A stretch of DNA of 64,000 nt from an uncultured delta proteobacterium (lineage in GTDB: Bacteria; Desulfobacterota; Binatia; UBA9968). Positions within the stretch are counted from its first letter, which is position 1. Every line of letters begins with the position of its first letter. Location of the stretch: assembly GCA_963745835.1 (NCBI GenBank), contig CAVUZH010000003.1:32001-96000 (forward strand), read 5' to 3'. Both the position numbers and the translations under genes were made by a program. Under the pieces are notes generated by a model that made no database searches, was not told where the DNA came from, and worked only from the letters and a program-made list of their open reading frames with translations. Positions 50,555 through 59,943 of this stretch are shown here, piece by piece.

Positions 50555-51613
50555 CTAAATCGAAGCCGCGAGACGGCGTCCAGCTCGGTCATATTTCCAG
50601 GAAGTGCTTTGTGAGCGCCCCGCTGGCTGGCCTTCGGTGGTAATAATCTCACCGGTCTCCATCAGTTGCCTGAATCGATGCAAGTTCTCATGCACCTGCT
50701 GTTTAGGTTCCGCCCCTAGCAATTTGGCAACTGTGGCGCCGAGCAAGCCGGCTGGCGGACGGTACTCTATCTCCACACGAACGACCGTGCCTGGTTTCCC
50801 TCGTGCCGGTTCAAATCGTACCGAGCCCGAGTTCTCCACCTCGGAGCCCTCTAACGAACGCCATGCGATGAGCTCATTGGGTCGATCTTCGGTGATTTCG
50901 GCGTCCCACTCGATGCGCTTGCCGGCTGGGCCTTTGGCGACCCAATGCGAACGCTTTTCCCCGGTAATTTGCACCGACTCGAGATCATTCATGAAACGGG
51001 GCAGATTCTGAAACTCATGCCAGAATTGATAAAGTTCTTCGGGAGATCGGTTGATGGTGATGCTCTTCTTTACCTGAACAGAAACGGCACTGTCCTGCGG
51101 TTCCGGCTGACTGCTAAGTTGCTGGCTAGCGCGTAAGTCAAGAACCGTCACGCCAGTAACTGCGGCGGTGGCCGCCGCAACTCTGCGGCGATTTGCATTG
51201 GGCGAAGTAAGGGCCATCACCAGAACCGCTAAATCCATGATGTCGCCGCCGACCCTCGACCAAAGCCAGCCCACTGGCCTCCTGCGGCTAAGAATACCAA
51301 CGCCGCTAGCTAGCTCGCGCATTCCAAGTACACGCAGCAAAGTGCGGTTGTCGTTGACACCGATTAGCTTTGCCAGTCGCCGGGGAGCCGCGATCTCGGC
51401 AAGGCCAAGGCCGAGGCTGAGCCATCCGAGCGCGTGCGCAAGTCTTTCCTCCCGTTCCGCTCTCGATATGCTTTGGTTGCCGTTACTGGTGATGTGAGGA
51501 ACATCGCCATAACCGCTACGTTGAAAACTTCTATTCTCGTCGTAGTCACTTTGCTGCCGTAGGTTGGGCGATGCTTGCTCGCGTTCGGATTCTTGAAACT
51601 CGATATTAGACAT
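50555..51613 (-). CDS. SRPBCC / polyketide cyclase-dehydrase family protein
   Basis: [10 protein letters not shown]-domain; [31 protein letters not shown]. Confidence 0.88.
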   Translation of the reverse strand: MSNIEFQESEREQASPNLRQQSDYDENRSFQRSGYGDVPHITSNGNQSISRAEREERLAHALGWLSLGLGLAEIAAPRRLAKLIGVNDNRTLLRVLGMRELASGVGILSRRRPVGWLWSRVGGDIMDLAVLVMALTSPNANRRRVAAATAAVTGVTVLDLRASQQLSSQPEPQDSAVSVQVKKSITINRSPEELYQFWHEFQNLPRFMNDLESVQITGEKRSHWVAKGPAGKRIEWDAEITEDRPNELIAWRSLEGSEVENSGSVRFEPARGKPGTVVRVEIEYRPPAGLLGATVAKLLGAEPKQQVHENLHRFRQLMETGEIITTEGQPAGRSQSTSWKYDRAGRRLAASI

Positions 51614-51714
51614 GGTTTCCTCCAGATAAAGAATTAGCCAAGCAGTCCAGTAGTCCGCGAACTCGTAAGCTAGAATGTCGGTGCAAGGGATGTTTTGGGA
51701 ACAAAAGCTAATGG

Positions 51715-51730
51715 CGCAAATCATGTGCCA
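51715..51730 (-). promoter_or_regulatory. Sigma-54 promoter for the SRPBCC-ADH-MBL operon
   Basis: Minus strand TGGCAC-ATGAT-TTGCG fits TGGCAC-N5-TTGC. Confidence 0.65.
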
Positions 51731-52157
51731 TCGACAGCTTGTTTTAGCTCAAAGCTGAACGTCGAGACTGCAATTGAAAAAGCCGGACAGCCGGCGAAAG
51801 GCTGCGGCGAATATAGGACAATCAGCTAGAGACGACTTGCCAATTGTGGGACGAACGACGAGTACATACTGTTGCGGTACCTGAGTAAACTAAGCTCGAT
51901 CACCAGCAACACAGAACCATCCAGATCTCATTGTCCAACGAGGTGCGTCTTTGTGCCGTTACCTGTGACTAGAATCCCACAGGTGAAATCTTGTTCGTTT
52001 GAGAATGTGGTTGTTAACTCGGCTACTCTTTGCTATGGTTTTTGGGTCACGCTAATTTCATACACTAGTTATGAACTGGTGTTACGAATCCTACGATCGT
52101 CTCTCCCGAGTGTGGTTCCAACCCTAGGCTGTCACGGCTTACCGAAATGAGTACTCA

Positions 52158-53762
52158 ATGCGCATATTTCTGATTCACATTCGCGATCCGCAATTTTATG
52201 CCCTGCCGGCGACGACCCGCGCCGCTAACGGCAATATCAGAGTCATGGGTTTTCCGCCGATCGGCATCATGTCGCTTTCTGCGGTTCTCAAACGCGCCGG
52301 ACACGAATGCGTTATGTTCGATCAGGCGAACCCGGAAACGCCTAACTCCGTCATCATAGAAGAGATTCGCCGGCAGCAGCCGAATCTCATTGGCCTTAGT
52401 TTTTTGAGCACGACTAGCTACCCCTATGCTAAAGTTCTTGCGCGTCAGATCCGTGCCATGGACTCACGCGTGCGTTTGGCCTTTGGTGGGGTCTTCGCGA
52501 CCTTGAATGCGGAATTAGTCAAGATGCAGTGTCCCGAGGTAGACTTCATTTGTCGCGGCGATGGCGAACAGCTCATCCTCGATCTGCTTGAACGTCTGGA
52601 CGATCCCTCCGCAGTTCCCGGGCTCACGTGGGCTAAGGACGGCGAGGTTGTCACCAATCCAAATCGCCCGTTGGATCGCAATCTCGATCAGTGGCCGTAT
52701 CCCGATCGAGAGAGCTTGCCCCTGGACTTTATCGAATCGATGCCGCTCGATGTTCCTGCAGTGTTGTCAATGGAGCGCTTCACGACGATGCAGACCTCGC
52801 GCGGCTGCCCCTGGCCCTGTGTTTTTTGCGACATCCCGATCTTCAACGAGGGTAAGTGGCGCTCGCGCAGCCCGTCACACGTGATCGATGAGTTCAAGCA
52901 TTTGCAAGAAAACGGATATGGCGCCGTGTATTTCGTCGATGATCATTTCCTGCTGCAGCCGAAGCGGATTGAAGCGATCTGCAAAGGAATTAACGATGCT
53001 GGAATAAACATTCAATGGGGCTGCGAAGGACGTGTCGATTCGACCGCCCAACACCTGTTCCCGGCAATGGCCAAGGCCAATTGCCGTACGTTGATGTTCG
53101 GCATTGAAAGCGGCAGCCAGAAAGTTCTGGATCGGCTAAAGAAAGATCAAACTCTGGAGCAGGTAGAAAGCGCGGTCGATAATGCCAAAGAAGCAGGGAT
53201 CGAGATTGTGCATGGTTTTTTCGTGGTCGGCAGTCCCGATGAAACCGTTGAAGATATGCGCGCTACCTTCGACTTCGCGTCGCGATTGAAGCTCGACACC
53301 TTTGGTTTCAATCGTTTGTGCGTATACCGGGGCACGCCACTTTGGAAGGAGTACGTGGCGCGTGACCTAGTTGATGATGCCACCGACTGGTACAAGTATT
53401 TCAAGTGTTCCGAGATTGATCCCACCTGCCTGTCTGGACCGGTGATCAATGACGAGCGGGCGGCGGGGCTGCGGCGGCTGTTTCGATATAAGGTGACGCA
53501 TTATCCGCTGCAAACGTTTCGCCTGCTGCGCCGCTTCTTGCGTCATATGCCGCTGCGGGACGTCATCTACCTAATCGTCAAGCCGTTCATGGGCAAGAAG
53601 CAGGGGCCGACCAAGAACGAAGTGTTGTCACGGGCTGTCGAACACCGCACGCTCAAAGACAATGCCGCGGAACTTACTAATGTCCCGGATGCGCTGCTCG
53701 AAGGGGCCATCGAAGGGGAGAAGTCGGCGGCTGACCGGCCTAAGCGAGTCGCGACAGGGTGA
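52158..53762 (+). CDS. Cobalamin-binding radical SAM enzyme
   Basis: N-terminal PPIG...GGVFAT...GDGE B12 domain; SRGCPWPCVFC; FVDD; GIESG. Confidence 0.92.
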   Translation: MRIFLIHIRDPQFYALPATTRAANGNIRVMGFPPIGIMSLSAVLKRAGHECVMFDQANPETPNSVIIEEIRRQQPNLIGLSFLSTTSYPYAKVLARQIRAMDSRVRLAFGGVFATLNAELVKMQCPEVDFICRGDGEQLILDLLERLDDPSAVPGLTWAKDGEVVTNPNRPLDRNLDQWPYPDRESLPLDFIESMPLDVPAVLSMERFTTMQTSRGCPWPCVFCDIPIFNEGKWRSRSPSHVIDEFKHLQENGYGAVYFVDDHFLLQPKRIEAICKGINDAGINIQWGCEGRVDSTAQHLFPAMAKANCRTLMFGIESGSQKVLDRLKKDQTLEQVESAVDNAKEAGIEIVHGFFVVGSPDETVEDMRATFDFASRLKLDTFGFNRLCVYRGTPLWKEYVARDLVDDATDWYKYFKCSEIDPTCLSGPVINDERAAGLRRLFRYKVTHYPLQTFRLLRRFLRHMPLRDVIYLIVKPFMGKKQGPTKNEVLSRAVEHRTLKDNAAELTNVPDALLEGAIEGEKSAADRPKRVATG

Positions 53763-53851
53763 GGAGCACATTCGCTCAGAGAGCCAGCATCTAATCAGCA
53801 GCCGCTCGGGGAATGACCGAAGCCCAAGGACGTATTCCAACAACCGTCTCG

Positions 53852-54616
53852 TTAATTGCGAATGCCCTTACGGCTGAGAAACTCCTTGAAGCCTTCGCGC
53901 GGGTGATTCGATTTGAGCCGGTTCTTTCTGGCATTTTGCTCATTGTCGTAGCGCCCGCGCCAATCCCTGCCAACATTTTCATGAAGTAGCCGTTTGATCC
54001 CCTGCACCATTCGGGGATCGTTTTCACTGATGAGTTGCGCCATTTCAATAGCTTTAGCGAGCAGCTCGCCCGTCGGCACGACCTGATTGAGCAGCCCGAT
54101 CTTCTCAGCCTCAATTGCCTGAACCACTCGTCCGGTGTAGAGCAGCTCTTTCGCTTTGGCGATTCCTACGACCAGCGGCAGCGACCAAGATGAATTGACG
54201 CGTCCGTAGCGCGCTGCCAGGAAGCGAAACTCGGTGATCTCGCAGCCGATGCGGATGTCGAGCATGGAAGTGAGTTGCGCTCCAGCCCCGTAAGCCAAAC
54301 CATTGATGGCACCGATGATCGGCTTTGCAAAAGTTGCGATGCGCCAGTTCGCCTGACTACGGAATTCAGTCCGGGCGGCAAGTTCCTCATCGCTTGATTT
54401 GGCCATCTGATGAATATCGCCGCCGGCGGAAAACGCGCGCGGACCAGCGCCGGTCAAAACCACCGCGTTAACAGCATCGTCGTTTTCGAGCTTCGCCAGC
54501 TCGGCGTCGAGCTCCCGAGCCAATTCGTAGCTCATCGCATTTAGTTTTTCCGGACGATTGAGAGTGATCAAAGCGACCTTGTCAATCTGCTCTGTTAAAA
54601 TATTCTGGTAAGTCAT
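53852..54616 (-). CDS. Enoyl-CoA hydratase/isomerase (crotonase) family
   Basis: ITLNRPEKLNA, FSAGGDI, KPIIGAING. Confidence 0.9.
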   Translation of the reverse strand: MTYQNILTEQIDKVALITLNRPEKLNAMSYELARELDAELAKLENDDAVNAVVLTGAGPRAFSAGGDIHQMAKSSDEELAARTEFRSQANWRIATFAKPIIGAINGLAYGAGAQLTSMLDIRIGCEITEFRFLAARYGRVNSSWSLPLVVGIAKAKELLYTGRVVQAIEAEKIGLLNQVVPTGELLAKAIEMAQLISENDPRMVQGIKRLLHENVGRDWRGRYDNEQNARKNRLKSNHPREGFKEFLSRKGIRN

Positions 54617-54810
54617 CTGCTCTCCTTCAAGCGCAGCGGATCGTCGTCGACGCGGGATTACAACGGAGATCACGGAAGCTGCGCAATTTTCGGCGGCATA
54701 CCACCGCGACAGGGCTACCCTCATGCCACAGATTCTTAATGGAATGAGTCAAACTCGATTGTTAGAGGATGATCAAGCCATGATCGCCCGTCTTTATCGT
54801 CTAAGGCATC

Positions 54811-55594
54811 TTAGGTCCGGTAAGGCTCGTAGACGATTGCCTGTTTGATCGCTGCATCAATTTGCGTCGCCATTGGATTACGAATCTCCTCGGCAATGTG
54901 GCCCATGACGCCAAGCGTGCGCCCGATCAATGCAAAGGCCTTGGTGATTTGCCAAGGAAAGCCCATGTCCAGAGCAATCGCCGCAATTGCGCCGGTGACA
55001 TTGACTGGAATTAACCTCTTCCTCCGTTGGGTGGCAACTTCGGAGAGCTTCTGCAGCAGCTCGCAATAACTTCCGTAAATTTTATTGTCCTTGGCGATTC
55101 CGAAGAGAGTCTCGGCGCGAGGATCGCCTTCGGCATGAGTGCGGTGGCCAATTCCCGGGATGCGCTGTTTCCGTACCGAATAGTCATCAAAGATCGTAGT
55201 GGCAATCTGTTCCAAATCGGGATTCTTGCTGGCGCTTGGCAGTGCCTCGGTAAGCATTTTGGCCGACCATTCAGACGATCCAAGGTGAACACTGCCAGCG
55301 CCGCAAAGCGCCGCGGCGACTGCAGCCTGAATCGCCTCGGGAGCGCAATGATAAACGAGCCGAGCGGCAATGACGTGCGATACCATTCCGTGCTCGACAA
55401 GAATCACCAGCAGCGCATCGAGCATTTTCGCTTCATTAGGCGTGGGCAACCGGCCGCGCAACATGAGCGACGTCATATCAGTGAAACGTGATTTTACCGA
55501 CCAGATCTTTATTAAGATCGTATCCGCGAACGAGAATACGGTGAAGCTCGGCCTTGCCGATACCGGTCACGATTTTCGGTTGTTGTTCTGCCAT
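54811..55594 (-). pseudogene. Citryl-CoA lyase / citrate synthase-like protein, +1 frameshift
   Basis: ILVRGYDLNKDLVGKITF, then one extra T (55484-55486) before TDMTSLML; VEHG, HLGS, IPGIGH, DPRA, NVTGA. Confidence 0.82.
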
Positions 55595-55685
55595 GGGTCC
55601 TCCCATGTGATTTAGATGGGCGGATTCTAGGCCACGCCGTTCCAAGCCGCAACGCCTAACGGGAGAATTTAATGAGACGGAAAGA

Positions 55686-56621
55686 CTAAACGTCCCGGCG
55701 CGGCGTTTGGTCGGTTGTCAGTCCGCAGCGGTTTCGCGTTATCGAGTGTACCAGCAGGAGTACGCTAATGAACCCTATCCATGCGGCGACTCCGCTGACG
55801 ATCTTGGGATTCGTGGAACCGAAAAGCCAGCCTAGATCATCGCGCCTGAAGTCGCCAAAAATCCGCATCGACTGCGAGCCAAAAATCCACCCCGCATGCA
55901 GGCCGATCGATAGATATAAATTTCCGGTGCGCAAAAAAGCGTAGCTCAAAACTATTCCGAGAAGAAACAGACCGAACATTCCGGGAAGAATGTTTACCGG
56001 TTCTGAAAAAGGCGTGAAGGTGTAGATCAGATGACGAAACCCGGCCAGCGGCTCAAAGCCATTGACGAAGTAGGCTTTTCCTGGCTCGACGAAGTGCAAA
56101 GCGGAATAGAATAAGCTTGATAGCACAAAAGCGCGAAACAGCCTGCCGTTCTGAAGCAGTCCTTTGAATAAGATTCCACGAAAAAAAATTTCTTCTAATG
56201 ATCCGGCAAAAACTCCCGCCAGCAGCGCGCTGAAGGAACGTGACAACGAGCGCGATAGTGACAGCCTGAAATAGGGCTCAAAGACCTGAGCGACCGACAT
56301 TACTAACACTAACGCCGCCAGAGATCCCACAGCTAAACTCCAGCCACGGGGCAGATCGCCACCGCCTCGAGCTAGGCTGACAAGACCCAGGTCGGCAAGA
56401 TTGCCAATTCTAAGCAGACGGCGGCAGAGGAAAAATAGCAGGATGCCCAAAAACATGAATGTGCGATCGAAAATGCGTGAGAAAGGGAAGCGTTCTACAC
56501 CGAGCAACTGGACGGAGACCCAATTAGCCGCGATAGCAAACCACGGGCTGAGAATAGCCGTCAGCGCCAGCACGAAAATGAGAAAAATAAACAATCTGTG
56601 GTGCGTGCTCATGGATTTCAT
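55686..56621 (-). CDS. CPBP (CAAX/Abi) intramembrane metalloprotease
   Basis: EEIFFRG, FYSALH, GLHAGW; multiple TM helices; start is approximate. Confidence 0.88.
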   Translation of the reverse strand: MKSMSTHHRLFIFLIFVLALTAILSPWFAIAANWVSVQLLGVERFPFSRIFDRTFMFLGILLFFLCRRLLRIGNLADLGLVSLARGGGDLPRGWSLAVGSLAALVLVMSVAQVFEPYFRLSLSRSLSRSFSALLAGVFAGSLEEIFFRGILFKGLLQNGRLFRAFVLSSLFYSALHFVEPGKAYFVNGFEPLAGFRHLIYTFTPFSEPVNILPGMFGLFLLGIVLSYAFLRTGNLYLSIGLHAGWIFGSQSMRIFGDFRRDDLGWLFGSTNPKIVSGVAAWIGFISVLLLVHSITRNRCGLTTDQTPRRDV

Positions 56622-56653
56622 GGAGTTCTTAACTATGGTATACGATCTGAAGC

Positions 56654-57403
56654 ATGACAAGCGCGCAGCGGAAAAAACTAATCAATAACGTTACTCTGAT
56701 CACCGGAGCAACTCGCGGCATCGGCAAAGCCGTTGCCGCTGCATGCCTCCATGAAGGCGCCCGCGTGTTTATCTGTGCCCGCAACCAGCAGGAGGTTGCG
56801 GCAACCGTGCGCGAGCTTCGCTATGACAGCGCCGACGCACAAATTGATGGTTGCGCAGGTGACGTCGGCAAAGAGACCGATGTCTGCCGGATCGTCGATG
56901 CAGTCATTGAAAGATTTCATACGATTGACACGCTCATCAACAATGCCAGCTTGCTCGGGCGACGGGTGGCTCTCGTTGAGTACCCGTTTGGGCAATGGGA
57001 AGAGGTGATTCGCGTCAACTTGCACGGTGTATTTCTTTTATCCCAGCAGGTGGTCAAACGTATGATCGCGCAACGTCATGGTTCCATTATCAATGTCTCG
57101 TCGGGCGTTGGGCGTGTCGGTCGAGCTCGGTGGGGCGCCTACGCGGTGTCAAAGTTTGGTTTGGAAGGACTCACTCAAGTTTTGGCTGACGAAGTTAAGG
57201 AGTTTGGGATTCGGGTAAACAGCGTCAATCCGGGACCTACGCGGACCGAGATGCGCGCCGAGGCCTATCCTGAAGAAGACCCGCTGACCTTGCCGACGCC
57301 GGAACAGATTACGCCAATCTTTGTTCATCTGGCCTCTGCTCAGTCAGAGAATGTCACTGGCCAAATGTTGGAGGCGCAAGACTGGTCAGAGCCGATCAAT
57401 TGA
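56654..57403 (+). CDS. SDR oxidoreductase (YciK-like)
   Basis: TGATRGIG, NNAS, YAVSK, NPGPTRTEMRAEAYP. Confidence 0.9.
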   Translation: MTSAQRKKLINNVTLITGATRGIGKAVAAACLHEGARVFICARNQQEVAATVRELRYDSADAQIDGCAGDVGKETDVCRIVDAVIERFHTIDTLINNASLLGRRVALVEYPFGQWEEVIRVNLHGVFLLSQQVVKRMIAQRHGSIINVSSGVGRVGRARWGAYAVSKFGLEGLTQVLADEVKEFGIRVNSVNPGPTRTEMRAEAYPEEDPLTLPTPEQITPIFVHLASAQSENVTGQMLEAQDWSEPIN

Positions 57404-57515
57404 CCCATTCCTCGATTCTATATAAAACCTGATACTTTCATCCTTGGTAATAAATTTTCACAAAAAGAACCAGGAGTACGCCTCGAGTTATGTATTGAAG
57501 GTGAAAGGTGAAAGG

Positions 57516-57675
57516 TCGATGACATCCCCTTATCCGGGGTTGTGGGAAAGAGCGGCAGGAGACTAACTCCGCGGGGAACCGTGCCGCCGGCAGGTAGGAG
57601 GGTCGGGGTTGTGGAGGGCTCAAGATAAGATTGAGCCGGATAACAGGCATCGAGCGAGAAACAACCCCAAGGATG
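57516..57675 (+). other. Candidate structured leader RNA, family unassigned
   Basis: Several nested and alternative complementary segments (see findings) ending just before the RBS of the SBP gene. Confidence 0.4.
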
Positions 57676-57686
57676 GAAGGTAGGAA

Positions 57687-58679
57687 ATGAAAGCGATTCG
57701 AGTGACCGGGCCGTTTCTCTGTGCGCTAATGTGTGCCGCGACCCTGGCGCAGGGGCAAGATCTTAAAAAGATCAAAATCGGCTATCCCGCGGTATCCTAC
57801 AATCAAATTCATATCTGGGTAGCCAAAGAGGCTGGATTGTTTCGCAAGTATGGCCTGGATGCCGAAGTCATTTTTTTCCGTGGCGGCGGGATGGCAACTC
57901 AGGCACTGGTTGCCGGCGATCCGCCGATCGTTAACATCGGCACAGTAGTGCTCGCGGGATTACAGGGTTACGACGTCGTTCTCATTGGCTCCTCGGAGAG
58001 TACCTATAATTACTCTGTGGTGGCGCGCCCCGCGACTACAAAACTCGAGCAACTCAAGGGAAAACGATTGGGCGTAAGCGGTTTCGGATCAGCATCGCAT
58101 ACCGCCGCGCTAATCCTTCTCAAAAAATTTAACCTCGAACCTAACAAAGACGTCATGCTCGTGGTTTCCGGGCCCACTCCCGACCGCTTGGCGGCGATGG
58201 AGTCGAACCGCATTGACGCCACCATTCTGACTCCGTCGGAGACCCCGAGAGCGCGCAAGCAGGGCTTCATTGAAATCTTTGACATGCTGGATCTAGGAAT
58301 CGAGGTGCAAGGGAACGGCTTTGCCACTTCCCGGACGTTTATTCGTAATCAGCGGGAAACCGCCTTGAGCGCGTTGAAGGGCTACGTTGAGTCGATCCAC
58401 TATATCCATAAGAATCGAGACGAAACCAAGAAAATTGTCGGTCAATACCTGCGCAGCGCGGATGCCGAAGCTCTCGAAGCGACTTATATCGCGTTCGTCA
58501 AAAGTGTCGCCAAGCGGCCCTACCCGACGCTAAAAGGAATTCAGTATTTGCTTGATGATTTAGCTGTGAAAAATCCGCAGGCAAAAACTGCCAAACCCGA
58601 ACAGTTCGTTGATCTGAGTTTGCTGCAGCAGTTGGAGAAAGAGGGATTCTTTGCCGAAATGGCAAAGCGCTACCCGTAG
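57687..58679 (+). CDS. ABC-type substrate-binding protein, NMT1/SsuA-like
   Basis: Signal peptide; WVAKEAGLFRKYGLD, QLKGKRLGVS. Confidence 0.87.
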   Translation: MKAIRVTGPFLCALMCAATLAQGQDLKKIKIGYPAVSYNQIHIWVAKEAGLFRKYGLDAEVIFFRGGGMATQALVAGDPPIVNIGTVVLAGLQGYDVVLIGSSESTYNYSVVARPATTKLEQLKGKRLGVSGFGSASHTAALILLKKFNLEPNKDVMLVVSGPTPDRLAAMESNRIDATILTPSETPRARKQGFIEIFDMLDLGIEVQGNGFATSRTFIRNQRETALSALKGYVESIHYIHKNRDETKKIVGQYLRSADAEALEATYIAFVKSVAKRPYPTLKGIQYLLDDLAVKNPQAKTAKPEQFVDLSLLQQLEKEGFFAEMAKRYP

Positions 58680-58732
58680 TCGTGATTTGTTTGTAACGCA
58701 CTGTGGTACCATATTGATGTAGGAAGAAGGTT

Positions 58733-59233
58733 ATGAATCAAAATATTGGCAAGCAATTCCCCGATTTCGAAATGGTCGATCATGACAGTCAACCGGTTAA
58801 GCTTTCGCAGTATGCCGGCAAATTTCCATTGATCCTGTCGTTCTATCGCGGGTACTGGTGAGGCAAATGCCAGGTGCAGTTGCGCCATTATGTCGAATTC
58901 CAGAAAGAGCTGGCGATTAACTATTGTAAGCTGGTGGTGGTGAGCGTCGATCCGCCGGAAGTCAATTCGGCCTTTCGAACCGGTCTCGGCGCCGAGTTTC
59001 CGTTTCTGACTGATCAAGATCGCAAAGTCGTTCAAGCCCTTGATATGACCGAAACCTCAAAGTCGCGCGGCATTACAGCAATCCCGTATACCTTTTCGTT
59101 GATGCCGGATCTGACGGTTCACAGCTTTTACTGTGGCTACTGGTACGTCGGCCGTCCTACTCTCGATGAGCTGCGCATGGATCTGCGCGCCATGATGAAA
59201 AGAGTGCGGTCCGACTTCGATCCTCAAGCTTAG
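58733..59233 (+). CDS. Probable selenoprotein: AhpC/TSA-like redoxin with UxxC motif
   Basis: ATG 58733 after GGAAGAAGG; FPDFEMVD...LSFYRGYW-TGA(58859)-GKCQ continues in frame to VVVSVD...FPFLTD...TAG; 166 aa. Confidence 0.8.
58862..58894 (+). promoter_or_regulatory. Candidate bacterial SECIS element
   Basis: Upper stem GGUGC/GCGCC closes loop AGUU, which starts 17 nt after the UGA; possible lower stem GGCA/UGUC. Confidence 0.55.
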
Positions 59234-59292
59234 AGCCAAAGGCCACTCAATTTGAGCTTGAAAGGGACGAATCAAGTCGGTAAGATTCGTTT

Positions 59293-59547
59293 ATGATCAC
59301 TCCGGAACAAATCAAAAGCACTCTGGAACAAGCGCTTCCTGGTTCCACCATCGAAATGCAGGATCTCACAGGAGGTGGAGACCACTGGCAGGTGTTCATC
59401 GTCTCGCCAGCGTTCGAAGGTAAGGGGTTGATCGAGCAACATCAGATGGTTTATGCGGCGCTTAAGGAGGAGATGGGCGATCAGCGTATTCATGCGCTCG
59501 CGCTCAAAACCTTTACACCGGGGCAGTGGGCGAAGCTTGGCTCATAG
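59293..59547 (+). CDS. BolA/IbaG family protein
   Basis: GGGDHW, VSPAFEGK, HQMVYAAL, IHALALKT. Confidence 0.92.
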   Translation: MITPEQIKSTLEQALPGSTIEMQDLTGGGDHWQVFIVSPAFEGKGLIEQHQMVYAALKEEMGDQRIHALALKTFTPGQWAKLGS

Positions 59548-59573
59548 GTTCGCAGACAAATAAGGAGAAGGTT

Positions 59574-59897
59574 ATGGCAGAAGATGTCCTGAACGAAATC
59601 GATTCCAAGGTCAAAAACAACAAGGTAATGCTGTTTATGAAGGGCACGCCGGATTTTCCCCAGTGTGGCTTTTCGGCTCACACGGTGGAGATCTTAAGAT
59701 CCTACGGGGTGCCGTTTGCTACGGCAGATGTCTTGGCCGATGCTGCGGTGCGGGATGGAATCAAGAGGTATTCGAACTGGCCCACCATTCCACAGGTTTA
59801 TATCGACGGAAAATTCGTCGGCGGCTGCGATATCGTGCACGAACTGCATGAGCGGGGCGAGCTGGAGCCGATGCTCAAGTCGGCTCTAGGCAAATAG
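59574..59897 (+). CDS. grxD: Monothiol glutaredoxin
   Basis: LFMKGTP, CGFS, WPTIPQ, GGCD; TAAGGAG RBS. Confidence 0.95.
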   Translation: MAEDVLNEIDSKVKNNKVMLFMKGTPDFPQCGFSAHTVEILRSYGVPFATADVLADAAVRDGIKRYSNWPTIPQVYIDGKFVGGCDIVHELHERGELEPMLKSALGK

Positions 59898-59943
59898 ACA
59901 ATCAAGTTCATCGGGCCAGGCCACAATAACTCGTGTTATCAAT

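Noticed and set aside
51780-51860. c-di-GMP-I riboswitch-like GAAAG hairpin
   Set aside because: Lacks the GCAAA segments and the P1/P3 architecture.
57631-57650. GAGCCGGAT as group II intron domain V start
   Set aside because: The rest of domain V/VI and any RT ORF are absent.
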